This document shows positions 12,919-27,864 of a stretch of 64,000 nt of DNA, piece after piece. Position 1 is the first letter of the stretch, and each line of letters opens with the position of its first letter. The notes beneath the pieces are model-generated. The model searched no databases. It was given only the letters and a program-made list of their open reading frames with translations, and had not been told where the DNA came from. This stretch comes from Podarcis filfolensis (lineage: Eukaryota). The stretch lies in the NCBI GenBank assembly GCA_964270895.1, contig OZ185442.1; one strand, 5' to 3'. A program made the position numbers and the translations under genes.

Positions 12919-13529
12919 TAGTGCACTTTTCCGGTGTCTGTTGAGCAGAGAGAAAACTAAAAAGGAGGTGAAACAGAATGGGGTACCTAAGAACAGGGCA
13001 TGGCCGGCTGACGCTCTGAACAGGTGCAGTTCAAGGTCTCACTTGTTGAGGCTTAAACTGATACACGAGTAATATATGTAAATCTGTTGATTTCAATGGG
13101 CCTCAATATGCCTGATTCTACAGTGGATTTCAATGATAATGTAGGCATCTAGCCCAGGACCGACCCAAGAGGTTTTGCCGCCTGAGGCAAAACAGAAAAT
13201 GCCACCGACCTCCCTCCCCGCCTTGCTACCTGAGGATCTTGGAAATTGGATTTCTTAATGCGCTAAGAAACTGTAATTGTGCAGTTGGATCCTGTGCATA
13301 CTCAGCAGTAACCATGCTAAATTTCATGGGATTTGCCTCCCAGGTATGTGCACATAGGACTGCAGCTTAGGTATCATTCCATCCTGTGCTCCTGGCAGTC
13401 CCAGGAACAGTGATTTTACTATGCATTAGGGCATTATAGGTGGGTGTGTCCCTTTATAGTGCCCCTTATGCTGGGCCAAGGGTATCCTTTTAAAGCAGCA
13501 AAAATCAGCTTTCTCTCCTGGCTTTGCCA

Positions 13530-13735
13530 AGTTCTGCCTCCTCTCCAATCCTTCAAGTGGTGTTCAAAGAGGATTAGATGAATTTGTGGAGGAGAAGGCT
13601 ACCTTCCTCCATTGTTGGGAGGATGGGGGAGGGCTGTCCTGTTTGTGGACTTCCCATTGGGCACTGTGATAATGGGATGGTGCACTTGATGGACCACTGC
13701 CCTGATCCAGCAAGTTCTTCTTTGTGCGTCCATCA
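13530..13735 (+). mobile_element. CR1-type LINE 3' end
   Basis: ttcaaagaggattagatgaatttgtggaggagaaggct...tgccctgatccagcaag. Confidence 0.6.
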
Positions 13736-16132
13736 TTTGAAGAGTTCTGGTGCCAGTCCCCCCCCCCCCCCGGCCCAGCACAGCCTTTATTTGAAGAGTG
13801 CTTTCAAGTCTGATTTTGGGAAGTGTGGCTCATAGAAGCTAACAGCAGCTGCAGGAGGCCTTACCCAGAAAATACCGTAGGTCCCAGACTTATTTGTCTG
13901 TGAAATGGACACAATACCTACTCCAGCCAGGCAAAAGAACTCAAGGAGGGGGTGGAGTGGAGCTAGTGAAGGGTTTGACCTGGAGAAGGGCAGCTATAGA
14001 GGCCTGGAGGGCCACATTTGGCCCTCAGCCCTGAGGTTCCACAACCCTGATCTAAGATATGCAATGCATTGTGAAGGTCTGTGCATACCTTCCTGGCAAG
14101 AGGGGGGTCTGGGGCAGCTCTCCAGGACAGAGGTGCTCACTCTCCTTTGGCAAAGGGACAGGAATCGCCCAAGGGTGATAGACTTTAAAAGGCAATGGCC
14201 TTTAGCTGCTGGGTCTCACACTAGTGACCTCAGCACCCTTTTGGTTTTAAGTGGAGAGGAAAAGGGAAATCAGAAAGACTTGGAGAGACCAAATGCAAAG
14301 GAAGGCAAAACTATTTAACCTTTAATACCAATATTGTTGCAGATGCCACACCTCCTTCCCTCTTCTGCAATAATTCTTTCTCCTTTACAGCTAATGAAGC
14401 AGTTTGAACATGCATACATATGAGGCCAAAGATTGAAAGTGTCACAGGATACAGTAAAAAAGCGAGTCCTGGGCTGAAAAAGGCTGAAGATGTGTGCAGA
14501 TGTATTTACACATGCATCTACATTCCTTGATTCATCTTCACTTGTATAGCAGCTGAACGTAGGGGCCACTTTGAAAAGTCTTTGAGGTGTTATGAAAACT
14601 CTCTTTTGGGAATTAATTAGTTACTGTCTTACTCAGACTTGGAAGTCTTCTCTTGCTGCTGCAGCTTTCAAGTGTGATTCAGGTGGATGACAATGGAACC
14701 GTTCAGTCCTCTGAAAATGGCAGGTGCAGGCATTTCCGTTCCCTAACAGAAACGCAGTAAGAACTTTTGCTCTTACTCTCAAATCTATCCATATAGAACC
14801 CTAAGACTCTGTGAACATTCACCCCTGTCCCTGGGATGATTCACTTCCTCTGACTCGTGAAACAGTTTACTGTGCCTTTGCAAAGAACGAAGTGTCCATA
14901 GGCGCATTGTGTGTTGCTGCTTGAGCCTTTGGATTATTACTAGATGTAGATAAGCTTTATTGTACTAGACAAAGGCCATGACAAAACTATTATAAACACT
15001 ATCAAAGAAATAAGGAACTATAAATCTAGACATATAGATAAAGTCTATATAAAAGCAGAAGGATTATTACTAAGTATCACTGAATTCAGAGTTTTTTAAG
15101 CGTTGGTTTTCACAGCAGCTCATGAACCAGATTTTTTATGGGAGGCTCCAGTTGGATGACGGCTGCAACAGGCAAGCAGTAGAATCGCCTTCCAGCTCTC
15201 AGGGGAATCCTCAACATTGCTTGGCTACTCTCTCTTTATGGCTAGGCCTTGTTTTTCAGGGAGCAGAGAAGGAACAAGGCAGTTGCACGGAGTGCAACAC
15301 AAGACTTATGCTTTGTTTTTCCCCACTCCCCTTCTCATTTCAGAATCCACACACAACTTCCCACACTCGTTTCAATAATTTAAGCCAGAAATGCAGATCT
15401 AGTCCTAGAAAAGGCCTTCTTCCAGGATATCCCCGTGCAACCACCTCACAGCTGGTGACAGAAACCTAACAGCTTACACCTAAGTTGGTTGTGTGAATAG
15501 GTTACAAACCAGACTTGAGCTTGAGCTTCCAGCATACACTGGGGCATAAATGACAGAACGAGCACACCCGTGTCCCTCCTGAAAGTGCAGCCAGAAAGTA
15601 AAAAATATTATGAAGCAAAAGAGCACAATACAAAAGCCTCACTTTGCTTCATCCAAAAGAATTGATCTAAAGTTGAGTAAAATTCCCAGTCCCTTTATGT
15701 TTCACTCTCATTTTCACCCTTCTGATAACTGAAGTGGGTCAGTCAGATGGAGAATCCAAATATAAAGACTGCCACCATGTGGGTAACTGAGGTGGCATTG
15801 ATGGAAGGGAGTAAGCAGAGAACGGCTTTTCTACTTTGATGTCTTCAAATATATCCAGAAAATGTACTTCACTTTCAAAACAATTTGAGGAAGAGCTTTC
15901 AGATCAAGTCTCCAAATAGTGAACCCATAGGTGATCTACCACACATCGGCAACTGTTGTGTAATAACATTACCTCTGGTAGGATGATACAGACCCTCCTC
16001 CAGGGTAAGAGAGCTCGTAGTTTGACAAACTCTCTGTATGGATTCACTGATACTTGAGAGTGGTGGGGAGAGAAAATGTGGAAAGTGTTCAAAAAAGAAG
16101 TTTGTTAAATATTTCCAACACTGATCAAGAAT

Positions 16133-16138
16133 TTTATT
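16133..16138 (-). terminator. Probable AMFR poly(A) signal
   Basis: AATAAA on -, about 2.06 kb after the stop; upstream text (gctgttagtaaa...gctctttgtttttattgt) resembles the recalled end of the mammalian AMFR mRNA; U-rich downstream. Confidence 0.7.
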
Positions 16139-18198
16139 TCCTTTTTTAAAAACAATAAAAACAAAGAGCTGCGCTCTAAGCAAAACTGAATCACAAGAAT
16201 CTTTTCTTTCTTCTTCCATAGTTTACTAACAGCATTGCAAGGTAGGGCTTCCCAAAGGGGGTTACTGAAATAAGTTATCTTCACTTAACACTTACACAAT
16301 TCAGTTTTCTTATAGTCACCTTCAAATATTCTAAAAACAGGGGCTGTGCACGGACTGCCCTCCATCTGCCCTATAGCTCCCAGATTGAGCCAATTCATCT
16401 GTACTGCCCACTCCACCCTGGATCTGTCCCCAAAGTAATGGGGGAGGGGGGGCTAAGGGTTTTTTAAACCTTCTTTTAAAAAAATAGTCAAGTGGTGGCA
16501 GGATCGTAACAGCTGTTGAGCTGTTAAGGAGAATCTGATCCTGCATGGTGCTGCTCCTTTAAAAGCAGCCTCCTTGCATCAAATGGGAGCCACACACAAA
16601 AGAGCAGCATTGCACAAGAAGGGATCCTCCTGCCTAAAAGTCATTACACAGGATTATCCAATCCTACGCAATGTATTTCAGGTGGCAGAATGGAAAAGAG
16701 GCAGTGGTGAGAATAAGGAACGGCCTGGCAGGAAAGACCCCCCACTATCTCCCACAAAGATGCAGCTGCCTGGCAGGCCTCTCCTGTTTGCCATTTCTCA
16801 GACTTCTTCTCACTCGCGCTGCCCCTTCTTGCCTGCCTGATGCCCCACCCCAGCAGCCCTGGATGGCTGTGGGTCATTCAACCCAACCTGTAGTGATCCG
16901 GTGCTATTTCAACCTGACTTGAGTGAAGCCAGGATTCCTCCAAATAGGCTTGATTTGACTTGGGATTCAGACCTTGGCCAAATCTGGTACACAGCCCTAC
17001 TAAAAACCTGCTGTAAAAAGATAATTTGCAATATATTTTTTAAAATACTGGGCGCCTTCTGAAGGATAGCGATACTCGCCAAACACTTAAAAATTACTTG
17101 GCTGCCATCATAAAACCCATTTACGGACCTAAGACCAGAGATCTCTAATACAGCTACCAGAGTTTTACAATACCAAAGAAAAAAGTTTGAGCACACCTAG
17201 CCTAAGATCTAGTAGCCCTCAATTCTCTCAATTCTGATTAAGCTAATGGGCATATGGAGTATTGCCAGATGCGAGATTACAAAAATAAAGATACTTTTGC
17301 GCGCTCCCTTGCCTCTCAAATAGCAGCCAACTTCCATTCCTGAATGGAGCCTTCTCTGCAGATGGCCTCTGAGACCAAACTATGAGACTATCCCAGTTTG
17401 CCTGCTTACTGAAATGCTGAATCAAGATGCCAAATATAGCAGGGGGCTCACGCCCCTTTTTCCAGTGCTTCTCCCTTGGCCACGTCTGTTACTAGCAATG
17501 AAATGCATTAAAAACCAAACCAGCCTCCTGGTAGAAAAATAATCCAGGAATGTTCACACTGTCTGTCTGGGGGCCACTGTTCTAAAACTTAGCTCAACAT
17601 TTTCCACTCTTTAAGATGTCTCCTCCTGTTGGTGCACTCCACTTCCATGCTCCAACACTTAGAAATGCCAGTTTTGCCCAAAAGACTCTGCAAAAGCATC
17701 CAAAATGTGTTTCTTTTATTTTAAGCATGTCGTTCTCGAGACATGCAATGACTCGGCAGTGATGCTTGCTTACTTAGGAGAGTGCTTTTGTCATTCCTTG
17801 TTCAGTTTCCACTTTAAAGAGCTTAAATGGGACATGCCAGCAAGCTCAGTGCACAGAAGCAGCAAATGGACCTGGTGCTTCTCAGCCACTGTCCCTCTGC
17901 AACTCACATTAAGCAGCACACCATGCCCAGGGCTTTAAAGACTGCATTTTTTGTTCGCAAAGGGGGTGGGGGAAAGGAAAATGTGTGTCACTCAAAAAAA
18001 GTACCCAAGAAAGGTTAATTTGTCAGCTGTCCAAACACTTATTAGATATCACATGCTTTATACAGTGAAGATGCAGCCAGATCAGTCATCCTCGGCACAT
18101 TTGCTGAGTTCTGAAGAGACCCTCCTTGTGGGCAGGGAGAGTGTAGGATGGCATAAACATTGCTTGTGTGGAAAAAGAACAGGAGGAGACAGGAAGTG

Positions 18199-18343
18199 TT
18201 AAGAGGGATCCTGCTTCTGAAGTCTTCGCTCTGCTGCAGCGGCCAGCATCCTCCGGCGCAGGGTGATAGGGTCTGAAGTCGCTCCTTCGGCCTGCAAGTA
18301 GTCATCTGAGCTAGGATCATCAGAGGTTTTGTTGAGGTAACGC
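18199..18343 (-). CDS. AMFR: AMFR exon 14 (p97/VCP-interacting motif) and stop
   Basis: ctccag|G RYLNKTSDD...DPITLRRRMLAAAAERRLQKQDPS*; the 14 exons total 1947 nt = 648 aa + stop. Confidence 0.96.
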
Positions 18344-19566
18344 CTGGAGGGAGAAAAACTAGACGGCTGAAGGGAAAGTAACATAAAGTTCACTCTGAAT
18401 ATAAAGGTTGCCTGGTTTGCATTCAACCTTTCCAAGCAGGAGGAGAAAGGTCTTAACACACATTTCAAAAAAATGCACCAAGAAAAGCTGGATCTTGTGG
18501 CCTGTGTGGATTTTGCAAATTGTAAATATGTGCTTATTATGTTGACCACTTTATTCTGGTTTTGCTGGTTTGATTGATGTCAAAAGCTCTGAAGCTTCAT
18601 CCTGAACAACTGGAAATGTTGAGCCACACCTCTGGCATCCAATACTTCAGGAGGTGATGCTAAGACATTTGAAAATGTTTCTTCTCAGCCATAAAAAGCT
18701 CTGTACATTTTATCATTAATGAAAGCTGATATTCTGATACAATAGAATCCTGTGCTCAGTATCATGTTCAGACCACTCATGGTGGCATAAGCACAGCCCT
18801 ACATGAGCAGCTGATAGTGACCATGAGACCTACAGAATTATTGAATGCTATCAGATAATGCTCTGCTCCTACACAAAGACAGATCTGTGCTGTTATTCTC
18901 AGATCCCCTTCTGTTCCCCAGTCCAGTTCCCACCTTCAGCCTCACCTGCTTGCTATGCCTGGGAGAGCCACCCAGCCGGCTCCTTCTGCCTTAGTGACTC
19001 GGATTCTGATAGCATTCAAAAGGCCATCCAGTCCAACTCCCAGTCATATGGCCAGCACTATTCAGCTACTCAGTGGCAGACTTTGGGGTCTCAATTTTCA
19101 GCAGCGCCCTTTCCGACATTAAAATTTGACACCGCCCTCACCTCTCGCACTCTGTTCTACAGCGTTGTTGTGCTGCCCCCTGCAGCACAGCGCCCAGTGC
19201 CGCCACACCGGTTGCACCACTCCAAAACTGCCTCTGAGCCACTAAGGGGGGGGGGGGAATCTATGGCCCTCCACATGCTGCTTGACTGTAACTCTCCTCA
19301 CCTGTGACCACTAGCCAAGGTGGCGCGAACTAATAGAAGCTGTTGGACTTCGGAGAGTCAAAGTCACAGGTTCAACATCCCTGCCCTTGGGCAACACAAA
19401 ACAGGCTACTGCATCACGAACAAGGAGAAGTTGCATCAGTGAGAGGTAGCCAGATAGCTATGCAAAAGATCTCTGAATGACTTTCCCTTAAGCACCTCCT
19501 CAAATCCTCCTCCTGGGCTATTCCACATTAAACATTTTGTAACTGGAACCCACAAAACATACACAC

Positions 19567-19751
19567 CTGCGAGCTTGTTGCAAAAGGTCTTCCTTCCGCT
19601 GTACTAACATCCTCTGTCTTTCGTCAGCTGACTTGGAAAACCGGCTCCCTCTCACTTCAAAGTCTTCTGTCTCAATGGATTCTGCTTCTGCCTCATTGAA
19701 CTCTGCCACGTCTTCCAACCATGAGTTGAGTTCCAGTGAGTCTCTCTCCGT
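19567..19751 (-). CDS. AMFR: AMFR exon 13 (G2BR, Ube2g2-binding region)
   Basis: atgaaag|TERDSLELNSWLEDV...SRFSKSADERQRMLVQRKEDLLQQAR(R)|gtgtgt; 185 nt. Confidence 0.94.
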
Positions 19752-22303
19752 CTTTCATACAAAAGGAAATTGGGGAAAGCGCATTAATACAGATCTCCAT
19801 AATCTAATACAACATTACCAGAATAACTGGGGAGGTCCAAACTAAGCTCATCTTACTGAGGTGATAGGGTGTGCAAACACTGCCAAAGGAAATGGAAAGG
19901 CTGCCTCTCTCCCAAAAATATATGCCACAGTGGTGGTGGTGTTGTTTTGGGGGGAGGAAGTTGTCTTCACATTAGCCAGGAGCAAGGAAACTTTTTCAAC
20001 CTAAGGGCCACTTTCCATGATGAGCAACCTTCAGGGGCTACATGCTAGTGGTGAGTGGAGGCCAGAGGCAAAAAGCAGGCAGGGCAATAGATGTGACTCT
20101 TTTTATAGTAGCTTATGTTCCAGCCAAGAAAAAGTCAGTCAAACATACAGCTCCTTCCTCCATCCAGGTAAGCAGGAAGCACTGTCACAGTATAAAGAGA
20201 CATTCCAGCCAGGCAAAAGTGCTAATGGAAGGCATGGAGGACAGCCAGAAACAGGTGTGTCAGACTTAGGAAGGGGTGTGGCACAGACAAAGTCCCAAGG
20301 GCCAGAGAGGCCTGGAGGGCCTGAGGTTTCATACCACTGAGATAGGTAATCCAAGACTGGATGGCTGGGGCCAAGGGGATATTTCTCATGCTCATGGCTC
20401 ATTGTCACTCACTTCTACAATGGAGGCAGCTATTCAGTTGGCCAAAGACTAACTTCAGCAACACACAAAGTATTTTCCTATTAACTAACTCCTGTTACAC
20501 AAGAAGCAGCAAGAAAAAGAGAAGCATCGTGTACAACATGTGGAAGGGTAAGCATGCATTTAACACAGATGAAACCAGGAAGGCCTACACCAGAGATTTC
20601 CAAACTGTGTGTCACAACACATTAGTGTGCTGGCTGCAGTTTGCAGGTGTGTCGCGCAAACACTCCCCGCACTCCTCCCGGGACTAGAAAGGGGTTAGTT
20701 TAACCTCCAGCTTGCTAGTAAAACTGAATTACTGTGTTGCATGTCTAAAAAGTGTGTCACCAATGTGAAAAGTTTGGAAAGCTCTGGCCTACACCCACAC
20801 CCAAAGACTCCGGGTCAAAGCCAATTCTTTTCTGTGCTGGAACATGGGTTTTCCAAGGCCAGACACACGTGAACAAATTACCCACATCATCGCTACCTTG
20901 GCTGGCTCTACTATCCCAACTTTTTCATGTCTGACAGGAGGCATTGAAGGGAGATATCTGATGAACATGTGGAGGTTGGGTTGGGGTGGCAGAACCAGGA
21001 GAGCAATCAAGATGGGGCCAGAAAGTGCAGCCCTGCTCTCCCTGTCCCCATTTATGAATGTGTGGAAGGAAATAAGTGAAGGCACTATTCTTTAGCACAT
21101 TTGGGGTAGAGATTCAGGTGACAGCCAGGCAGAGACAGTTATCCTTTCACACATGTTATTTTGAATAATACTGTGAAGAATGCACACTGAAAACAAAAGC
21201 ATAAACTACTAAAGAAGAAAAAGAACACTTCTCCCTCCACATAGACTTTTTCTAGAAACAACTGGACTAATAGATGATAACAGGACATCTGATATTATGG
21301 TTACATTATGATGATGTGGAAGGTTTTATGAAAAGGACTGTTAACATTGATCTGGAGTTACTTATGGCCACTACGTATGTATATTGTCCAACGGGAAAAA
21401 GCAAGAGAAACCAGAAGGATTTAAGGGTCTCTGGCAAATAACACTTGGGTAAAAATCATTTTACTTTATGAGGAATTGAACTACAAACACACTCACATTT
21501 ACTTACAAGTATCTGTAATGGACTGGAACAATATGTTCCAAAACCATCTTGTCCTTAGGTCTTCCCTATGTTAAAACTAATCTACATCTTACTATTTAAG
21601 ACATTCCGGGGAGAGGGGAAAATCCCATTGTACAAGCAGAAGGTGTTGCACAAGTATCATGACTTTGTTAGGTATAACTTCCTTCTGTGTCCTTTTAAAC
21701 TTTTGTACTAAATTATTAATATTTTTTAAAAAAATAAATGAGGGAAAGGCAAAAGCTGGAGAAGCTCAAATCCTCCTTATGGTCAGGAGACCACCACTTG
21801 AGGAACAAAGACCTCCATGTATCCCCTTTAATAGCCAGTAGCTTAACTCAGGAATAGCCAATGCAGCCCCCTCCAGATATTGCTGGACCACAATTTCCAT
21901 CATTCATTAGCATTGACCATGCTGGATGGGGAGCAGGTGAATTGCAGTTCAACTACATCTGAAGGCACCACATTGCCTATCCCTGACTTAACTGCTCGAG
22001 GCCTTTGAATTACAAAAAACACTATTCCCTTTTCTCCAGATCCCTTCCCCATCAAAACACAAGAGAAATGCAAGTAAGACTCCATAGTCAGACCCAGAAC
22101 AATTATGCTTACAAATGGCAACCTACTTGCACCTTTAAGACAGAAGTTCTTTGCAATGAAGTCTCCAAATTCACTAGTGACAAAGCTACAGAAGGATATC
22201 TACCAGGAGTTCTTGTGAGGACTTCGTGCCAAGGTTTGTGGACATTTAACTATCAAATTTCCCTCTGTTGTGATCCACCTTTTTTTTCCTTTGCCAAGTT
22301 TAC

Positions 22304-22387
22304 CTGAGTAACCTCTTCTGTGTCCTCCTGATCAGTGTTGTGTCTTTCCAGGGGACTGTTCAATGCAGGTCTGATGCTATCTGAACG
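22304..22387 (-). CDS. AMFR: AMFR exon 12
   Basis: ttacag|RSDSIRPALNSPLERHNTDQEDTEEVTQ|gtaaac; 84 nt. Confidence 0.93.
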
Positions 22388-23734
22388 CTGTAAGCATAAA
22401 TAAAACTGACAAAACTGATATGAATTGAAAAGAAAACCCCCACAAACAATCTTGCTGAAGAATTTAAGCTACAGGTCACGTTGGTGGACCCATGTTCAAA
22501 ACCTAGCTGTCACAGGGGTTTACTGTGCAAGCCTCTTTCAGCCATATGCTGAAATTAAAAATGCAGCATAAAACTCAAATAGGGTGAAATAAATATGATT
22601 TAATACACACATTTATGAAACACTAATGGGACAATGTAACCTCAACATTTGTAAGATTTGTGGTCTTGTCCATGAATTCTGTAATGCTCTATATGTATGT
22701 TGTGTTTATCTACTTTATAAAATAAATTACAAATACCAAATGAATTAATAATTTAACTACTTATTTTTATCATTGTGTAAGCTGCTTTTCCTGCTTTTAA
22801 TTGTATGATTATGTTGTTGTAGCCAACCCTGGGACCTTATGGTGAATTGCAAGTAATAAATGCCAAAAATAAAATAAAGACACAAAAAAGCCTGCTAGTA
22901 AGAACTACACTTCATTTAAAATCCTATCAATAAAACGAAAATAGACAATCCATAAAATCATCTTATTTTCAACAGACTATCCTGCAGCAATCTAGCAACT
23001 AGGCTTCACCTGTCTATCTTTGACAGCACATCAATATCTGATTCCTTAAAAACTATGATCTAATGCATGAAATGGGAACAAGCTACTTTTTGCAAGGATT
23101 TTGACTTGTATATGGATTTGAGAAGAACTTTGCATATTAAAAGTGCTACAGAAAAGCTGTGGTCATTTAAAATTGATGAGTTCATGAAATGACAACAAGA
23201 TCACAACTCGAGTACAGAACATACAGAGGTGCATTTTTATCCATTCATCCTCAGGGACAAAATAATTACCAACATGCAAACCTCAAATGTAACCAATATG
23301 CAGAGGCTGCCATATAAACAATTTCACGGTAGGCAAAAGAATAATGAGGAAGTTTGGGCTTTTTTTATCCCTTCCTTGTTGTTACTGACAGAAGTTTGAA
23401 AACTAGACAAAGTAAATTTAAAAACAAAACCAAGACTTTTCTGGTGGCACCTTATAAAGTTGTGACATAAGCTTGTTAGTCTTTGAAGTACCACAAGAAT
23501 TTCTGGGGGCCTTATTAGCTACGATAGACCTCTTTGTTCATATTTTACAATGCAGCAAAAGCTACATAAAATCTTTTTTTTTATTTTCATGATCATTAAG
23601 TCCATAGTTCAATATTACTTGATGTAACATTGACTTAAACATAACACACACATTAAAAAAACTTTAAACAGCAGGATAACCATTTCACAATGTTAATGAA
23701 TAAACACAGCAGGTCTGCTGCTGATGGGTTGCTA

Positions 23735-23908
<174 letters not shown>

Positions 23909-24438
23909 CTAAAAAAGAAAATGTATCCACTGTTACCATCTGGGGACCCAACTGTGGCACACTAAATACCTTATAAAACTTTAAAGTAAACCAAAGCCTT
24001 TAAAATCTCAAAAGGTCAGGCTTTTGCTACCAGAGCACAAAAGAATCCAGAATGGTGGTTTCATTCCATTCATGTTCACTAATCATCTAATCACAGTTTA
24101 TTAAGACAGACAGTGTATGTTTGAAACAGGGTGTGCTTCTTTTTTCAAATCTCTCTTCAAAACTCACTTCTTCCACAATGTCTTTGACTAAACACTTAGT
24201 TCTCCATTCTCAATGAAAATGGGTCTGAAGTTCATGTAACTGCATTTGCTCATTTTCGTCCCTAGTTACCTTTTTCTCTTCTTTTCCTTGTCTTCACCAC
24301 CACACTGATGAAGTTTTGTTTTTATGTTCCTTGGGACTGGGAAATTTTTTTGCACTTACTCTCTAAAGCAGCACACACACTGGTGGTGACATATAAATGA
24401 ATAAACAGAGCAGCGTGCAAAATAGTAATAGGAATTAC

Positions 24439-24542
24439 CATGGCATTGAGCTGAGAGTTGCTTGCTTGCGCAATACCAAGAATACTGGTGGTATGCATCA
24501 CCTCCACTGAGAAGCTGGGCAGCCAGCTAGCGATGCGAGAAC
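24439..24542 (-). CDS. AMFR: AMFR exon 10
   Basis: ttccag|GT SRIASWLPSFSVEVMHTTSILGIAQASNSQLNAM|gtaatt; 104 nt. Confidence 0.96.
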
Positions 24543-25173
24543 CTGGAAAAGAGAAAGCAAGAGTTAAGGTGTGTGAAATGTGCTTTTGAGTAATTACCCC
24601 AATCACCTATGGTTCTGTCTATATTTTTAATGATTCCTCAGTTCTTAATTATTATTACAAGGTTCAATAGATGTCATGAGCATTATCAATTCTCTCCTCC
24701 CCTTTATTTTCCTTTCTTGAAAAGCAACTGTTATATATGATTAAACATAATCTGCACATAGTATAAAAATAAAACTTTTGAAAATACTACAGGGATAAAG
24801 TGAGTGTTCTTGGTAACATTTCAGGTGCCCAGCACACAGAGCCGGCTTGTGCTTCAAACTTGCTCATTAAATCTCTCTATCTCTTCCACACACAGAGACA
24901 GTTTCTTACTCTTACTCCTCCTCATCACAGTAAGGCGGATTTCAAGAAGCCTGCTACTGGAGCCAATCTATGGCTTCTTCTTTTTTAAGGTGAAGTATGA
25001 AAGTATTTCCAGCAGGGGCGACAGTGTACAGGGAAGGATTAACTCTTCCCCGCATCTGTGACTCATCCTTCCCATCCATGGATGAGAAAGCAATTATCCT
25101 GAAAGAAATCAAAAAGCCTGTTCCTGCTGCACACAGGGACTATTTCATCTACTCATGGGGGAAGGTACGGCTT

Positions 25174-25214
25174 AGAAGAGAAGAGAAGAGAAGAGAAGAG
25201 AAGAGAAGAGAAGA
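25174..25214. repeat. (AAGAG)n pentanucleotide repeat
   Basis: Read directly; about 60 nt into AMFR intron 9. Confidence 0.95.
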
Positions 25215-25276
25215 ATCCTACAGTTACAAAGATGTTGTTCTGGCCAAGTCAACTAGTAAAAGGCAAATAAACCAAC

Positions 25277-25467
25277 CATCAAAGTGGAAGAAGTGATTGT
25301 GTTGGTTCAGATGAGGTCTGCCTTCAGCTACTGCCACAGGAGCCAAATTTTCATCCAGGTTCTCCCTTTGATGATCTTCCCTGGCACGGTGATTGTCTGT
25401 GATATTCAGGGACATTCTACAGGTAGGGCAGGAAGTGTCTTGTTCAAGCCAGGAGCGCAGGCATGAG
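25277..25467 (-). CDS. AMFR: AMFR exon 9 (RING-H2 second half)
   Basis: ggtag|C SCLRSWLEQDTSCPTCRMSLNITDNH...NQHNHFFHFD(G)|gttggt; 191 nt. Confidence 0.96.
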
Positions 25468-25561
25468 CTACCAATAAATGAGAGGTTTAAGTAAATTTCT
25501 TGGGAAGAAGTTACAAAATGTTCATCTGCTCTCAGAAGAAGAAAAAGAATATGCAGTAATT

Positions 25562-25945
25562 TAGAATAGAGTCATAGAATTGTAGAATTGGCAGGGACCC
25601 CAAGGGTCATCTAGTCCAATTCCCTGCAATGCAGGAATCACAGCTAAAGCATCCCTGACAGATGGCCACCTGACCTCTGCTCAAAAACCTCCAGTGAGAG
25701 GAGAGTCCACCCCCTTCCGAGGGAGTCTGTTCCATTGCTGAACGGCTTTTACCCTCAGAAAGTTCTTCCTGATGTTGAAACAGAATCTCCTTTCTTGTAA
25801 CTTGAAGCCATTGGGCTCAGGTCCTGCCGTCTGGAGCAGGAGAAAACAAGCTTGATCCCTCTTCCATGTTTCAGCCCTTTAGATATCTGAAGGTGGCCAT
25901 AATATCGCCTTTCAGTCTCCTCCAAGCTAAACATAATTATAATTA
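25562..25945 (-). mobile_element. CR1-type LINE 3' part
   Basis: catagaattgtagaattggcagggaccccaagggtcatctagtccaa on + is the reverse of a typical CR1 tail. Confidence 0.65.
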
Positions 25946-27753
25946 TTATGGTACCCCTGGAAAACCAACAAATTTAAGGTGGTGCAACCTTTTAGGGTAG
26001 TTGTTTTGGAGACTTATTGCTGCACTAGTTGTTTCCCATTAATAACATTCTTAAATTTGACTTGCCACCTACAATGCAAATAATTGTTTAATAGGTTATT
26101 CTAGACTCCTATGCACTGTGCATTGCAGCCAAGATATGCTACCTACCACATTCTCTCAAAATAGGAGTAACCAAGGCCAAAATGTGTGGGCTCCCATGGA
26201 TAAGGAAAAGGGTTAACTAGCATTTTTCTCATATTATAACCAGCATTCTAGCCCACTCTCGAGGCATATTGTGACTTAAGGCAACCAAAATCACTAGTTT
26301 CATTATACTAGAACCCAATAATTTGAAGCATAAGCTGGCTTCATAGAAAAGCAATGCTACCTTTTCAGGTATGTGGAAAAGCAGCTCTGAAGGGGTGTGG
26401 CTCAAGTTTCTCAGAGGAGTAGATGTGTCTGCTGGTAGTGGCTAATTATCTTATTAGAGGCTCCTTGAAACGTTGACAAATACTTTTGACACAGCTTGTA
26501 ATGAATGACAACAAACTGGTCCCTGGTTTCTATTCTCCTTCAGTTTGTTACTGATGACATAAGTAGAAGCAACTGCCAAAAGATGCCAACCCAAATGACA
26601 CACCTATCAAGGAATACTTTATATATTGCATAAGACATGTCCTGTTGGATAAGACTCAATGTTTACCCAGTCCAGCAACCTGCCTCCAAGACTGCCCAGA
26701 CAAAGGCTTCCACAAAGCCCACCAGCAAGGTATGATGGCAACAGCCTGCCATTAAGTTTGCCCCTCCAGCAAGAGGCATTCAGCAGAACCTGGCCAAGAA
26801 CCACTATCCTTCATGAATGTGGCTAATAAATCAGTTTTTAAAAATCTAATACTGCAGTCCTAACTTCACTTACCTGGAGGTAAGACCCATCTAATGCAAT
26901 AGGAATTACTCCTGAGCAGACAAGGTTAGGATTGCACTGTAAACCAGAAGAGTGTGTGTATGTCCTTGGTAAACAGTTATTCCAGTATCCAAATGTACTG
27001 GGGGACAGGTGGGAATACATTGCATGAAATGGTACACAGGATAACCAACAGAATGTTAAGCCCTTTTGAAATCCCAATATTTCATGAATACCAAATCAAG
27101 CAACATGCTCTCTCCTTACATGCAGACATAGAATGATCTGATATGAGATCAGGTAAGGTTTCAATCATTAATTTGCTGGCTTTGTTATTAAGTGTGGCTG
27201 AGCAGCTACATTGGTTGACTGCTGTAAACCACCTTGTGAGGGTTACAAGGTAGGATGGACTATGTGCAGCCTTCCAGAGTCTTTAAAATTGTATCTCCGA
27301 CCTGAAGTTATTGACAATGTTGAAAATCTGGGCTGCAAGTATTTAGGCGCAGGAGATGTGCCACGTTGGAGACCACTTGTACTATGTAAGATGTAGAGGG
27401 GGGAAATGTGCATTTTTTAAAGTACTGAGAAGATTGCACTATCAGTGTTGGCTTCTGTACATTAAACAATTTTTTGCAGTCCTGGATAAGTATATAAAAA
27501 TTCTGTCCCGCAAATTTTGTTAGAAGACTACATTCCTATGTCACAGTCTACACTGGGTACAGCCAGAACAGGACAGGCAAATCCTCCATGACTTTTAACA
27601 AGGAAAACCAGTATATATAGTGTTGAATTGGTTTTCTTTAAAAAAAGAAAAGATGAAAATGACAAAATTAGTGTCTAGTGAGATTCAACCATTAACTACA
27701 GACAATTAGAGCACACTACTTGTTCTACCCTGGTTTGCTCCCCAGGTGCGTAC

Positions 27754-27864
27754 TTATGGAAAAGATGCCCACAAGGGAGTTTTCGTGCAGCTTGCATGGA
27801 ATCCCAGCAGATGGCACAGTCATCATTGTTGGTTGCCAGCTCTTCAGGTGTTGCCACCGCAAAC
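27754..27864 (-). CDS. AMFR: AMFR exon 8 (RING-H2 first half)
   Basis: ttctag|G FAVATPEELATNNDDCAICWDSMQAARKLPCGHLFH(N)|gtacgc; 111 nt. Confidence 0.96.
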